Shown piece by piece: positions 12,835 through 26,489 of a DNA stretch of 64,000 nucleotides. Under the pieces are notes generated by a model. The model ran no database searches. It saw only the letters and a list, made by a program, of their open reading frames with translations, and had not been told where the DNA came from. The DNA is from Hypanus sabinus (Eukaryota). Where the stretch lies: NCBI RefSeq assembly GCF_030144855.1, contig NC_082726.1, forward strand, positions 35,278,001 through 35,342,000, in the 5' to 3' direction. Position 1 is the first letter of the stretch. Every line of letters starts with the position of its first letter. A program made the position numbers and the translations under genes.

Positions 12835-13954
12835 AACATTAGACAAGTTTGACTGACAGAATAGACTTTCTTGAAAGATGTAGAAATGTTTGCTGATGAG
12901 GGACAATAATATTGTTAGCTTTACACACAAACATCAGACTAATCATAGCATGTGAGATAGCACATTGATGGTTTAAAATGCATAAGTCCTTTGTGAGCTG
13001 CAATGTTCAAAAAATTTTGTTTTAAGATGCTGGAAAGTAGCATTTATTCATAATGAGATAAAAGTTTATGATGGTATTAAATATTATTTACAGATGTGGT
13101 GTTTGATAGGAGCTTTACTTTAAACTTTTTCGTTCCAAGTTTTACCTATTAGGAATTATACCCTTAAGGTATAAGTTGTCTGTGAACAATCTTCTCAGAA
13201 TACACAGCAGGCTAGGACTTGGAATTTGTACATGATCTGAAAGGTAACTTATAGTAACACTATCATTAAGTTTGGGTTGCACAGCTCAGTAAATATGTTT
13301 GTAGAAGCTGACGCTAATGATATGATTTGCATAATGTTTTGTGCCTTGCACCAGGGAAACACCTGCAATTTTCCAGGACTGATCACAATTCCTTGCAAGT
13401 TCCCAGTGCAGCTCGTGCTGGGCATGAAAGAGCTGCCAAAAAGGAATTGGAAAACTGCAGGCATCGACAACTTTGAAATGCTCCAGCTAGCATTTAAAGA
13501 AACACAGCCTCTTTGATTTTTTTCCATATAGGATAACAAAATATTACTTGATAGAGGACATAAAGCTATAGAAACAAAAAAATGTACCTTGCATTTATTA
13601 TAAGAGATAAGAGGAGTCACATTTCAGACAACATCCTTACTCTAGCTTTTACCAATCATCTGCTGCCAAGCTCTTCCCTTTCTACCCCTACATAGTGAGC
13701 ATGCCCAGTAGAAAATGCAGGAAACTACAACAAAGATCAGTATTGTTAATCAGACCCATGTGACTTAGAAACAGATCTGAAAGGAGATGGTAAGCCTATC
13801 CAGAAGATTGCCCAGGTAGTCACAGGCCAATGTCAAGCTGGTCACCCTGTATTTAGTTAACGTCTTAACATTACCACACACAGTAGAATACAAATTACAA
13901 CGGATACCTTTGGCACCATTAATCTAACATTATAGCACTCACTGCACAATGTAG

Positions 13955-14720
13955 AATCATAGAGCAGCACAGCAGAGTGCCAGTTCTCCAGTCCACAATG
14001 CAGTACCAATCTTTTAACCTACCCTACGACTAATCTAACCATTTCTCTCCACATACCCCTCCATTTTCCTAGCATTCATGTGCCTATCCTAGATTATCTT
14101 AAATGTCCCTAATATATTTGCCTATACCATCACCCCTGGCAGCCCATTCCATGCACCCACCACTCTGTCTAAAAACTCTTAACATTGATATCCCTTTCCT
14201 CCCCCCAATTATTTCTTCCAATCACTATAAAATTATGCTTTTACAGCCCATGGGGAAAAAAAGTCTCAGGTTGTCCACTTGATCTGTGCCTCTTATCATT
14301 TTATTACACCTCTATCAAATCACTCTCATCTAACCCCAGCCCACTCAACCATCCTCACAAAACATGCTCTCTAATCCAGGCAGCATCCTGACAAATCTCT
14401 TATGCACCCTTTCGAAAACTTTTATGTCCATCCTATAATGAGTCAACCAAAATTGAACACAATATTCCAAGTGTGGTCTACCAGGATCTTATAGAGCTGC
14501 TACATTACCTCACAGTTCTTCAACTGAGTCCCCCCAACTCATGAAGCCCAAAACACCACGTGCCTTGTAAACAACCTTATCAACTTGTGTGGCAATCATG
14601 AGTGCAATTATGGGTGTGGGCCCAAAGATCCCGCTATCCTTCCACACTGCTAAGAATCCTGTCATTGGCCATGTATTCTGCCTTCAAATTTGACCTTCCA
14701 CTTCACTCTTTTCAGATGTT
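13955..14720 (-). mobile_element. CR1 LINE 3' portion
   Basis: Reverse complement of the CR1 ORF2 C-terminus (LYKILVDHTWNIVFNF, compare LYKTLVRPHLEYCVQFW), with tail catagag at about 13958. Confidence 0.8.
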
Positions 14721-16189
14721 GAAACACATCTGCCTCTTCTCTGTTCAGCTCTCAGATCATCTGCTAACTCCGTGGATAGGTTGCAGGATGCCATCTCAGT
14801 GCCTCCTTTGCTCTGGTCTGGGAAATGAGCTCCAGATATCTTAGGCAGCCTGGTTAAACAATCATTGCCTTCTGCAAGAATATGGATCTGGTAATTCCTC
14901 AAGGACTGAAAGTGCAATCAGCTGAATTTATCATGGCATCATCCAGCACAAAAATGGGCCTTTGTGACTCATGTTGACTGGAATGCCTGTCTACACTAAT
15001 CCCTTTAGTGTGCATTAGGCCCTTATTCTTTAGCTTTCTTCCTATCTTGAGTACTCGCCCAAACAAAGGCATTGACATTTTAACTGCCATTTTCCATGTG
15101 GAAAAACTTAACCCTCAGATCTCACTTAAGCGTATCCCCTCTCACCTTAAACCTGTGCCCTCTAGTTCTAAATTCCCCTGCCCAGGGGGATAAAAAAGAT
15201 TCTGGCTATGACCCTGATAATTTTATAAACCTCCATAATGTCGATATTCAGGCTCACATGTTCCAGTGAGAATGATCCCACCCCATCCAATCTCCCCTTA
15301 TAACTACAGATCTATATTCCAGGCAACAAACAGGTAAATCTCTTCTGCACACTCTCTACTGTCCAGGACTGTACACACAGTTCTCTAAGTAACTTGATGG
15401 AGGTGCCATATCAGTTCCATTGATGACATCAAGAAACAGTATTAAATCAAGTGAAAAGGTCCAAGATAATGTGTTGTAGGCCTGACATGTAAGAATACAC
15501 AAAGAGGTGCTGGCAGATGGGATCAAACTGGCAGTAAGTAGATCATTGCGAAGTGGGGAGGGAGGGGGGGAATTTCAGAAAGGAGTGAGATCAGTGGTGT
15601 TTGAAGGGGCAGAGTTAGCAGTGACTAGAAGGCTTTTTGGAATACTGAGAGAAATGATATTGGGACATTGAGAAGTAACGGTATTAAGAGGATGGAGATG
15701 TAATGGCAGAGTGTAATTACATATGCACATTTTTGGAAAGCAGAGGTGGATGAGTTTAAAGTCATGAACAGTTGGTGACAGTGGATTGGATGCACAAAAT
15801 TAGCTCAAGCTGGGCAGCATTTTCAGATGGCATATTGCCTAATAACACTGGGAATCCAAATCCTTTTCTGGAAACAAAAAAGTTCAGACAGGTGACTGAT
15901 CCCAGTGGACATGCGTTCATGAAATGTCAACTGAGTACTTCCTGACCCAGCACCTTCATAGATCTGTTCCATTTCGGGTTGCCAAGGTATATTAGGTGCC
16001 CTCATTCTTCTGGTCAACCCCTGTTCAGTTTTGGCAAGTCTTCTTTAACCTTCCAGTAAATAAATGTGTAAGTACAGGCTTACTGATTAATTTAAGTTTG
16101 ACTTGCTAACTGCCACAGGATTTTTCATCTTAATAGATCTCTTTAGATTTTTTCTCAATGTCTTCAAAAAAAAAATGGCAAAGCTTCTG

Positions 16190-17030
16190 TACCATTGAAA
16201 GTGAATCCACAATTTGTGGGAACAGTTAAGTGGTGGGTCAAGTGAAGTTATTCCCACTGGTTTAAGAGCCTGATGGTTGAAGGATAATAACTTTTTGAAA
16301 CTGGTGAGGGTGCTGAGGCTCCTGTATCACCTGCTTGATGGAGGCAGTGAGAAGAGAGTATGGTGGCGGAGGTCCCTGATGATGGGTACTGCATTCTGCA
16401 ACAGTACTCCATGTAAATGTACTCAATGGTGGGGAGGGCTTTACCCATGATGGACTTTACAGTATCCACCACTTGTAGGATTTTCCATTCAAGGGCATTG
16501 GTGTTTCCATACCAGGCCAAAATGCAACCAGTCAATATATTCTCTACCACACATTTATAAAAGTTTGTCAAAGTTTTAGATGTCATGGTGAATCTTTGCA
16601 GACTTCTAAGGAAGTAGAAGTATTGCTATACTTTCTTTGTAATTGTACTTACGTTCTGGGTCCAGGGCAGATCTTCTGAAATGATAACTTTAAAAAATTT
16701 AAAGATGACCCTCTCCACATCTAATTCCCCCTCTGAGGATTGGCTTATGGACCTCTGCTTTCCTTCTCCTGAAATCAATAATCAGCTTCTTGATCTTGCT
16801 GACATTCAGTGACAGGTTGTTGTGGCACCACTCAGCCAAATTTTCAATCTCCCTCCTATATACTGATTCATCACCACCTTTGCTTTGGCCTGTAACCGTG
16901 GATGTTGCCAATCTGAACTAATGGATCTGCAAATGAGAAAATCAAGGATCCATTTGCATGAGGAGGTTTGAGGCCAAGGTCTTGAAGCTTATTGATGAGA
17001 TTTGAGGGTTGTAGCTTTTGTTTAGTCAAT
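16190..17030 (-). mobile_element. Rex1/Babar-type LINE fragment
   Basis: ORFs TLTNFYKCVVENILTGCILAWYGN, YRREIENLAEWCHNNLSLNVSKIKKLIIDFRR and LINKLQDLGL. Confidence 0.85.
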
Positions 17031-18005
17031 GGTAGTGAACCTATGACATGCCCAAGATTGCACACAAAAAATTATGTTGGCAAGTGGCATACAATGCCAC
17101 CGCTAGATTTTTTAAATCCCTCACATAATAAAGATACACAATAGTTATTTTAACTGCCAAATGAAGCAGTGAGTGATATTTTACACCCTGAGTAGTGAGA
17201 TGTTTTTACAGGATGGTTAGCTAGATGGCTACAAGAACATAGGATGTTGGTTGATATGTTTTGAAATCCTCACAGACTTGATGTAGACTTAAGTATTTGA
17301 ATAGTAAACAGTTACAATAACAAATCTATATAGAAATGTCATTTTTGTTTTTAGATTAATATTTTTAAAATACCTAATTTATTTCAATCTGTCTCTTACA
17401 ATTTTATTAATAGCAAAACAATGCATACAAAAAGCAACAGGGCTCATTCTTTTTCTTTAAGAGTTCAGAATTATTTTTAGTAATTCATTAGTCAGCGATA
17501 ATCTCTGCTCAAAGTTACCATGGGACACGAGAATGTTTGAAAGGATTATTGCCAATTTGGGCACACGCTCTCAAAAAATGATTGCCAACCCTGGGCTAAT
17601 CTTTGTCAGACTGAAAGGTCTGGTATGATTTCTATTGGATCTGCTAATGAAAGATCTCAGCCATTCCAGTAGCCGTTCTGCATCTCTTCCATCTTGTGCC
17701 TTGGGGCTTAGCAAATTAAAAGTATTAATTTGGATTTTTTTTAATTGTTTCTAAATCCCAATTTACCTGGAATCTGGTAGTTCTGACAGCAGTTTTTTGT
17801 TCATTTAAACATAACTATAATTCACAAACTATCATAAGAAATAACCAAGCCAATTGTGTTGACTTTCTGCACCAACAAAGGGAAAAGGTTTCCCTAGAAT
17901 TCAATTTCATTAAGGTGTTTCTGTCAGAGTTAAGTAATATGTAATCACTTCTAAAGTAAAAAGCAATTATTTCTTGACTTTCTGAACATATTCCATTATA
18001 ACCTG

Positions 18006-18112
18006 CAAACACAAGGAAATCTGCAGATGCTGGAAATGCACACACAAAATGCAGGTGGAACACAGCAGGCCAGGCAGCATCTATAGGGAGAAGCGCTGTC
18101 AACATTTCGGGC
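18006..18112 (-). mobile_element. Penelope-like terminal fragment
   Basis: aaatctgcagatgctggaaat...gcaggccaggcagcatctat...catttcgggcc, truncated within the hammerhead module. Confidence 0.7.
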
Positions 18113-18127
18113 CGTCTCTATTAAGAC

Positions 18128-18420
18128 TATAAGATACAGTAGAATTAGGCCACTTTTGTCATGGCTGATCCATTTTCCCTCTCAGCCCCAATCTCCTGTC
18201 TTCTTCCCGTATCTCTTCATGTCCTGACAGATCAAGAATCTATCAACCTCTGCCTTAAATATACCTAGTGACTTGACCTTCACAGCTGCCTGTGCCAACA
18301 AATTCCACAGATTCACCACTTTCTGGCTAAAGAAATTCCTCCTCATCTCCATTCAAAATGGACATCCTTCTCTTCTGAGGCTATGCCCTCTGGTCTTCGA
18401 CTCTCCCACCATAGGAATCA
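18128..18420 (-). mobile_element. CR1 LINE 3' fragment
   Basis: aattccacagattcaccactttctggctaaagaaattcctcctcatctcc, shared with the CR1 copy at about 40060. Confidence 0.8.
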
Positions 18421-20208
18421 TTAAATGAACCAAAAACTGAAAGCTTAGCACAGGAAAGTAGCCGTGAGGTAAAATATCAGCTAAGGTTTTACTGAGTGGT
18501 GGAATAGGCACTGTGGACCAATTGGTCCTCTCCTGTTTCTTCTGTTAGTAAGTAAACTGCAGTAATATTGAGCAGAAGCTTCCAGTATAACAGTCCTTTA
18601 GATGGTTAATATTTATTGTACAGAGAATTCCATGTAAACAACAGTATGAAATGCATATTGACTCTGGATGGCAGAGGCTGAGCAACCACTTTCAAATAAC
18701 ACAAGCATCAAATTTACTTAGTTTCTTTTATTAGTCATCAGTTAATAGTTATTATTTACATAAAGGCAAAACAGAAGAACCCTGGCATCACAGTGTAAGG
18801 CTACTTTCACTGGAAGAAAGGCAACTTTTTAACCAAATTTTATTAATACATAAAACTTAGAGACTTTTTGTATTGTGGTCACCTCACAGAAAGACCAGTT
18901 TTATAGAGAGCGCTTATCAGTCCAGGAAATCCATTCAAAATGAAATCTTATTTATACCTTTTTAACCGTCAAATTATTTTGTTACACCTCTGAAATAAGC
19001 TAGTATTCTCAATAGAGGATGGAGGAAGACAGACAAAAATCAATCCGATCAAGACAATGCCCACATTAGGTTTGATTTTCTCATTAATGTCTGATTTTGT
19101 GAGATATCTGCATCTGCTGCTGTGACATGTAGAAATGGAAAATAAATAGCTGTACTATGTTTTCTGCAGTAAACTAATAATTTAACTTTTGTCTTTAAAC
19201 ATAATGTAACAATTTGAAATTATACATCCAATAACAGGTTAAGATTAGAATAAGCTCCTAATACGATTTGTCTATTCACATATCTTACCTTGTGACTGTA
19301 ATAATTGCAAATTAACAAATCTAATAGATATTTTCTTTCATGATGTTGGACAATTACTTCCCTGGGGCCATTCTTGAACTTATCATTGGGAAAATACAAA
19401 ATTCAGCATATTGTGAAAAGATCATTATTGTTTAAATATGTTAGATTTGTAATTTAATTATCCAATCTACTTTGTTTGTTACAAAAAAAGCCAAAAATGG
19501 AGAACTGGATCTTTTGGTGTGTCTGATCTATTTCTTCTGCATACAGGACATTTAATTTTTGCACATTTTACAGCAAAGACCTTTAACAGCTTCAACTTTT
19601 TAGTTGTAAGAAAAGATGAACAAATGTGTAAACGGGATGTAAACTGCCTAAAGGTCATTTAATTTTGTTTCCTTTTTTAAAGCTAAAAATGTGTGCCAAA
19701 TTGAGGCTATAGGAATGTTTCTCAGTCTGTATTTTATGGCATGAGATTGGAGTGAGTGCTACTGATGCTGTTGCTTTCATACAACTGCAAAAATAACTAC
19801 TTTATGAGCATGTGGCATTAATTAGGATGGTACTGCCTTCTACTATGGGTGATTAATGTGAGTTTTATTTTTAGAGTGCTGAATGATGAATTAGAATTCC
19901 AAATGTATCATTGGACACACAGAAGTTTAAATTGTGCTATGGATTTTTAAATATGTTTGGTTTTATATATGAAATCATGCAATATGCCCATGCTGTTGCA
20001 AAAACAGTTCTTTAAAAATGGAATTTAGACTGATATTGCAAACACAATTTGTATGTAATTTAGATTGTTCCCTGTACCTAAAAGTTCCAAGCTTTCAGTC
20101 CTGTAGAACATCTGGACTGCAATGAATGGCTGGAGGCCAAAGGTTTGTTATTATTTTCAACTTTGCATGACATTGAACGCATGGAAGATATGTCTCTGAC
20201 ATTGTATG

Positions 20209-20221
20209 AATAAAAAATAAA
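20209..20221 (+). terminator. Tandem polyadenylation signals, gene unassigned
   Basis: TGTA at 20203-20206, AATAAA at 20209-20214 and 20216-20221, downstream tgttttgttgtc. Confidence 0.35.
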
Positions 20222-20524
20222 TTTACTTGGAGTTGGTATTATGTTTTGTTGTCAGGGTAACTGAATGAGTAACACTAAACTGCAATCAGTCACATTACCT
20301 TGTGCAGATATTCAAAAAGTACCATTGCATAGGTCTGTAACTACATCTCTGGTATCAAAATGCAGGTACTACTATTACAAAACTTTGATTTGTGTTTTGG
20401 AATCACAGTTCAGATTAGCAAAAATTGACACCAATGGACTCTGGCAAAAACAACTATCTATAATTAGGTACATGAACAGTATCCCTACTCTGGCCTCTTG
20501 TCTTTTCTCCTCACCTGAATATCT

Positions 20525-20796
20525 CCTCTCTGTGATGCCCCTCCTTCTTCCCTTTCTCCCATGTTCCATTGTCCTCTGCTATCAGATTCTTCTTTCCAGC
20601 TCTTTATCTTTCCACCTGGCTTCACCTATAATCTTCTAGCTAGTCCTCCTTCCTCTCCCTCCACCTCTTTATTCTGGCATCTTCCTTCTTCCTTTCCAGT
20701 CCTGAAGTAGGGTATCAGCTCGAAATGTCAACTGTTTATTCATTTCCATAGATTTTGCCTGATCTGCTGAGTTCCTCCAGCATTTTGAGTGTGTTG
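20525..20796 (+). mobile_element. Penelope-like 3' end with degenerate hammerhead
   Basis: Pyrimidine-rich tract, then agtcctgaagtagggtatcagctcgaaatgtcaact and gctgagttcctccagcattttg. Confidence 0.75.
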
Positions 20797-20869
20797 TAGT
20801 ATCCAACATTCTATTAATGTAAGAGGAGTGGGAAATAAATGAAGGGGTGACTGGGAACTTTCTATAAGT

Positions 20870-21100
20870 CACAGGTCCAGAGTTAGCCCATTCAGCTCAT
20901 TGAGTCTGTTCTGTCATTCCATCATGGTTCATTTATTATAACCTTCAACCCTATTCTTCTGCCTTCTCCCTAAAAACAGAGACAGCCTTACTAATCAAGA
21001 ATTTATCAATCTCTAATTCAAGTGTACACAATGACTTGAATTCCATGGCCATCCATAGCAATGAATTCCACAGATTTACCACCCTCTGGCTAAAAAAATT
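20870..21100 (-). mobile_element. CR1 LINE 3' fragment
   Basis: gaattccacagatttaccaccctctggctaaaaaaatt. Confidence 0.65.
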
Positions 21101-21734
21101 CAGATGAAAATAGCTGATATAAATACTGTATTACTTCCAAGGTGTTTTCACAGAAAGTATGACATTTAAACCTTTGTGTTTTGTTTTGCATTTTCACATG
21201 AATCCTTCTGAGCTTGGAGTCTACACTCTGATATTCCTGGAGTCTATGTTGTGTTTCATAATTTCCTTGAAATTCATATTGTAATCTTTTATATCAATGT
21301 AATCTATGTTCTCAAGTTTTTGTTCTGTTCCAAAGTTTCCTTGGTGTCTGTGAATTGCCTTGTGTATGTCCTTGGAATCTATGATAGTCACTGTCAAATG
21401 TCTGTCTTCCACCCCTCCCCCCACAAAGTTATTAATTAATGGAATGTGATCATCAGCAAGTAATGTTCATTCTAATTATTCATATAAAAGTGTGGTGACC
21501 ATACTCTTGTAACACAATTTATTAGCGATTTCCAAAACTTTAAGCCAACAACAATGAAGAAATGTCAATTCCCAAATAGGGAGACGTAAAGACAACTCTA
21601 GTGTATTCCTTTATGTCTTCAACTTTTGTCCTTTTGGTAGACATGGAGGGTTTGGGATGTACACTGTATTAGCCTTGCTAAGTTATTGCAGTGCATCTTT
21701 CCCTAGATGATGAATTTCATTGGCAAAGTCCTTT

Positions 21735-22070
21735 GTGAGAATGTGGAAAGGATGTTTCCTGTAGTGAGTGATCTAAGACCAGAGAGCACAGCCTCAGAAT
21801 ACAAGAATGTCCCTTTAAAGCAGAGATAAGGATGAATTTATTTAGCTAGAGCATGGCAAATCTATGTAGTTCATTAACACAGACATCTGTAGAGGCCTAG
21901 ACATTGGGCATACTGTATTTAAAGCAAAGATTGATAGATCTTGAAGGGTGTTAAATGTTACAGGGAGAAAGTACAATAATGGAGTTGATAATGATAATGT
22001 CATCCATGATCAAATGGCACAGCAGACTCGATGGGCCAAATGTCTTGATTCTGTTCCTATGCCTTATGTT
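21735..22070 (+). mobile_element. CR1 LINE 3' fragment
   Basis: gtggaaaggatgtttcct...cacagcctcagaatacaag...cagactcgatgggccaaatg...ttctgttcctatg. Confidence 0.75.
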
Positions 22071-22567
22071 AAAGCATAGACATTTCAAGCAATCTTCGTG
22101 ATTTTCAGAGTCTCTCTATACTTCACCACTGCTCTCTGTGTGTTTTTCTCCACTAATGCTTAAAAAGCAAAGGAAGTGCAACCATGTAGGATTTACTAAG
22201 TGACAACATCCATTCGGTCTGCCACAATGAAGAAAATAACTTAGCCATGTTGCCTGGATTGATGCAAGCCAATTAGCACAACCCCATTGTTTTAACGCTT
22301 GGCTCTTGCATATGCAGTATCTTAATCCATGGAGCAGCCTTTGCTTTGAACTTCAGTTTACTGATTACCTACAAAAATATGAGGGCTAATTGCAAGCTTC
22401 CTGAGTTTACATTTACAATTAGAGCTGAAGTCTGGTTCTTGTTTGAATTAATATCTGCTATAGCCAATTAAATACAGAATATTCCCTAACATATAGGATG
22501 TTATAGAGGTCAATTTGCTCTCATCAACTATCAATAGTGATAAAATGATAATACATCTTTTTCATCT

Positions 22568-23462
22568 TGTTACGAATGAGGAGCAACTCTGATGGGCAGA
22601 AGGGTGCAAAGTCGCCCCCCCCCCCTTTTTGAGAATCGCAAAATCGCTATTATTTCGGGTCTGATACCCAGGAAATGAGAGAGATAAACAGCTCATGTCA
22701 GTAATGAGAGAGAGACAACGCAGGGATACACAAAGGTGGAATGTCTCCTCCTAACAAAAGTGGAACGGAACCACTGATTACTGCTATTGTCTCTTGGAGA
22801 AGGAATTGTGTATTGAGTACTGTTCTATTCATTGAAACCCCTCAGGGGGCAACCAGAGTGGTCTGGTTGATGTGTTACATCATCCCAACCTGATTGACAT
22901 CTGAGACCCTGTGAGTAGGGATAAAAGTAGGGTCTGGGGAAACACCCCTCAGATGCACCAGGAGAGACAGTACGAGACCAGTGGGGGCTTGTATGTGTGT
23001 CCACCCTTGCCTGGGTGATGAGTCCTTCATGGAACGGTCTAGCTAAAGGACGGAGGGGTCAGACGTGAATGGGCACAAAAACAACACATCGACGGATCAA
23101 GATCGTAAAAGGAAAGTCGGCAACTCAATAGCTGTTACTCTCTCTCTCTCCCTCTCTCTCTCTCTCCAACAATTGCAACACAGTGATCAGCAACTACCGC
23201 AGCCTGCATGAACTGAACTGAACTTTATATTTCCATCGGACAATTCATTATCCCCTAGACAACGATAGAGCTTATTTCTTATTGATTATTATTATACCCG
23301 CACTTTTAGGTTTAGTATTGATGTCGTATATTATCTGTATATTTGCATTGATATTATTTTTGTGTATTTTTACTAATAAATACTGTTAAAAATAGTATCA
23401 TCAGACTTCAACAGATACTCCTATCTTTGCTGGTAAGATACCCAATTATGGGGTTCGTAACA
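22568..23462 (+). mobile_element. Solo LTR (895 bp) with 4-bp TSD ATCT
   Basis: Ends TGTTACGAA...TTCGTAACA (9-bp inverted termini, TG..CA). ATCT at 22564-22567 and 23463-23466. Internal gataaaag (about 22920) and AATAAA (about 23375). Confidence 0.88.
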
Positions 23463-23899
23463 ATCTGCTCAGCCCCGCAGAAAGTACAAAGAGAATGAGA
23501 GTCACAGATTTAATTCCTAATCTGTGATGCTGTAACAGCATTACAACATCCCTTGTGAGGTGGAGGAAACCAAATGTTGGCCAGAAAGAATGAAAATCTT
23601 CAAATCAGTGAATTCAAATGAATCAAGGACAGTGGAAGCAGTCTTTGTTCTTGCCGCGTGCTTGGGGGATGGAGGCTGCCATTTTGTGAATACACTTGAT
23701 TCTCCATTTTGTGAGCTTGACATGCTGGACTTGATTAGTGTTTTAAAGAAGGCACAAAGACTCTTCAGGTAATCTGCTGGACTGGAGGTAATTTCCAAAT
23801 GAGTTATTTGTGAGGTGTTCTTTGGTTGGCTATAACATGCAGGATTGTGAATGCCTGAGGCGATTCAAACTCATTGCTGACTGAGAACAAAGAGCCACG

Positions 23900-24402
23900 A
23901 GTCAGCAACTGTCCTTTGGTGGGGAGAAGATAATAGATGGATGCTGGCTTGGACCAGAGCCAATGACCAGGTGTTAAAGGCCAGACACATGACCTGTGGT
24001 CAATGACATGGGAATGCGACATTTGAATTGATAAGCAATGGATATAAAAGTGGATGCTTTGTGTGTGCCGGTGGCGGTAACTTTGAAGAATAACCATCGC
24101 AAATACAAGCAAGAAGAACCCTGCGTGAAGCATGTGGAGAGTGAATCGGGACCACGAGGAACAGGGAGCGCCTGGCCAGCGTAAATTCCTCCGCCCGGGT
24201 AGTACCTTTGCTATTCTTTGACTATCCAGGAGAGTCAGGGATACTTAGCAAGTGTGCGCACAAGGTATTTAGTGTATGAATTCACGTACTTGTTAGTTTG
24301 AACAATAAAGGTAATTGTCAGTAAATACAGATCTCTCTGTGCCTCACTCAGAATCGTTGGAAGAGGTAGAAGCGGTATCTCTCTCTCTCTCTTTTTCCAA
24401 CA
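23900..24402 (+). mobile_element. Second LTR-like sequence, 5' boundary unresolved
   Basis: TATAAAAG at about 24043, a CpG-containing R-like segment, AATAAA at about 24304, ends ...ttccaaCA. No convincing TSD. Confidence 0.45.
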
Positions 24403-24674
24403 CGAGCCTGAATATCTGCTCTATGTCATTATCCAAAGACGACTGATAAGATGACACCGGATCAGATATGACTGCAATTTAGTTTTGGAAAATTATGGAA
24501 ATTTCTCCTTAGGTAGTTGTACAGTGATGTGTAGACTCGATTTTCAAAATTTGATTCCTTTAGTGTCAATGAATTGTACTTTCTATATGAGCAACCAAAG
24601 ACAACTTTCTAGACCACTAATTTTCATAAACCAGGAACGGAAAGATGTGTTAATTCATTCTCCATAGGTAGCTA

Positions 24675-26186
24675 CAGTGATGCTAGAAAGTTTGTGAATC
24701 CTGCAAAATTTTCTATATTTCTGCAAAAATATGAACCAACATGTGATCAGATCTTCATGTAAGTCCTAAAACTAGATAACTAAATTAAATACGTAACACA
24801 AAAACATTGTGATTGTTCATTTATTTATTGAGAAAAACGATCCGATAGTGCATATATTTGTAAGAAAAAGTATGTGAACCTTTGCTTTCAGTAACTGGTG
24901 TGACCCCCTTGTACAGCAATAAATTCAATCAAATCTTCTCAGTAACTGGTGATCAGTCCTGCACATCGGCTTGGAGAAATTTTAGGCCAGTCCTCCTTAC
25001 AAAACTGCTTCAACTCTGGAATGTTGGTGGGTTTCCTTGCATGAACTGCTTGCTTTGGGTCTTTCCACAACATTTCTGTAGGATTAAGGTTAGGACTTTG
25101 ACTCAGACATTCCAAAACATGGATCTTCTTCTTGTTAAACCATTCTGCTGTTGATTTACTCTTGCCTTTTGGATCACTGTCTTGTTGCATTATCCAATTC
25201 TGTTGAGCCTCAGGTGATGGACTGCTATCCTGACAACTGCAAGTTGTTCGGGCCCTGAGGTAGCAAAGCAGCCCCAGACCATGTTGTTCCTTCCACCATG
25301 CTTCATAACTGGGATTAGGTTTTGGAGTTGGTACGCAGTATCCTTTTTCCTTAAAACATGACAATGTGAATTTTTGCCAAAAAGTTCAACTATATTCCCA
25401 GAAGCATTGAGAAACTTCCAAGGTGGTCTTTTGCAAACTTGAGACATGCAGCAATGTTTTTCTGGAGAGCAGTGGTTTCTTCCATGGTGTCCTTCCATGA
25501 ACACCATTATTGTTCAGTGTTTTTCTTATAGTGGACAGATGAACAGAGACTTAAGCAAGTTTTAGAGATTTTTACAGATCTTTTGCTGTTACATTTGGGT
25601 TCTTTTCCACCTCCTTCAGCATTACACGTTGTGTTCTTGGTGTGATCTTTGCAGGATGCCCACTCCTAGGGAGAATAGCAACAGTACTGAGTTTCCTCAA
25701 TTTGTAAACAATTTCTCTTCTGTGGACTGATGAACACTCAGGTCTTTCGAAGTGTTTTGTAGCCTTTTCCAGCTCTACAATTCTAAGGTCCTCTGAAAGT
25801 TGCTTTGATTGAGACATGGTGCAAATAAACAGATCTTTCTTGAGTAGAACAAGCTCCGTCAGTAACCTGACTTTGTGTGTCTTTTTTATAATGCAGGGCA
25901 CCTCAAAAACCCACACCTCCAATCTCATCTCATTGACTCCGAATAGCTTTTGTAGAAGGCATTACCCCAGAGGTTTGCATACTTTTTTCCAACAAATACA
26001 TGTAATATTGGATCCTTTTTCTCAATAAATAAATAAATGAATAAGTATAATGTTTTCTGTGTTATTTATTTAATTGGGTTCTCTTTATCTAGTTTTAGGA
26101 CACATGAAGATCTGATCATGTTTTGGGTCATATTCTGCAGAAATAGAGAAAATCCTACAGGATTCACAAACTTTCTGGCACCACTG
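24675..26186 (-). mobile_element. Tc1 transposon (IR/DR type), full extent, transposase decayed
   Basis: TA|CAGTG...CACTG|TA with TIRs of about 200 bp and inner repeats (aaagtatgtgaacc). Transposase pieces: MSQSKQLSEDL, PRSGHPAKIT, MKHGGRNNMVWGCF, QQDSDPK, SQSPNLNPTEMLW. Confidence 0.93.
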
Positions 26187-26489
26187 TATATGACCTTTAC
26201 ATCAAAAGCTAAAGGAACAGGTCATTTAAAAAATACAATGGATTTCAAAACTCATGTATACAATTCTCAGTTTTACACAGTATACAGGCCTTTATTTAAG
26301 CAAAGACTTGATCATTTCCAAGGCCATCGTGCAATCTAAGAAGAACAAGGCTGCCCCAAACACAGCTGGAGTAAGTTGCACTGGTACATCACATTTGGAA
26401 GGATTCTTCCTTGTCCTTTATCCCAAAAAACATTGCACTACAGGTTACTGTGATGTTAACTTATAATGGTCTAAAGAAGATTGACTACA

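Noticed and set aside
13277-13516. 79-aa ORF with a possible splice acceptor near 13354
   Set aside because: No recognisable domain, non-ATG start, and no linkable upstream exon.
23541-23798. Overlapping ORFs between the two LTRs as a retroviral internal region
   Set aside because: The first LTR is closed by its own TSD, the two LTRs are unrelated, and there are no PBS or gag/pol motifs.
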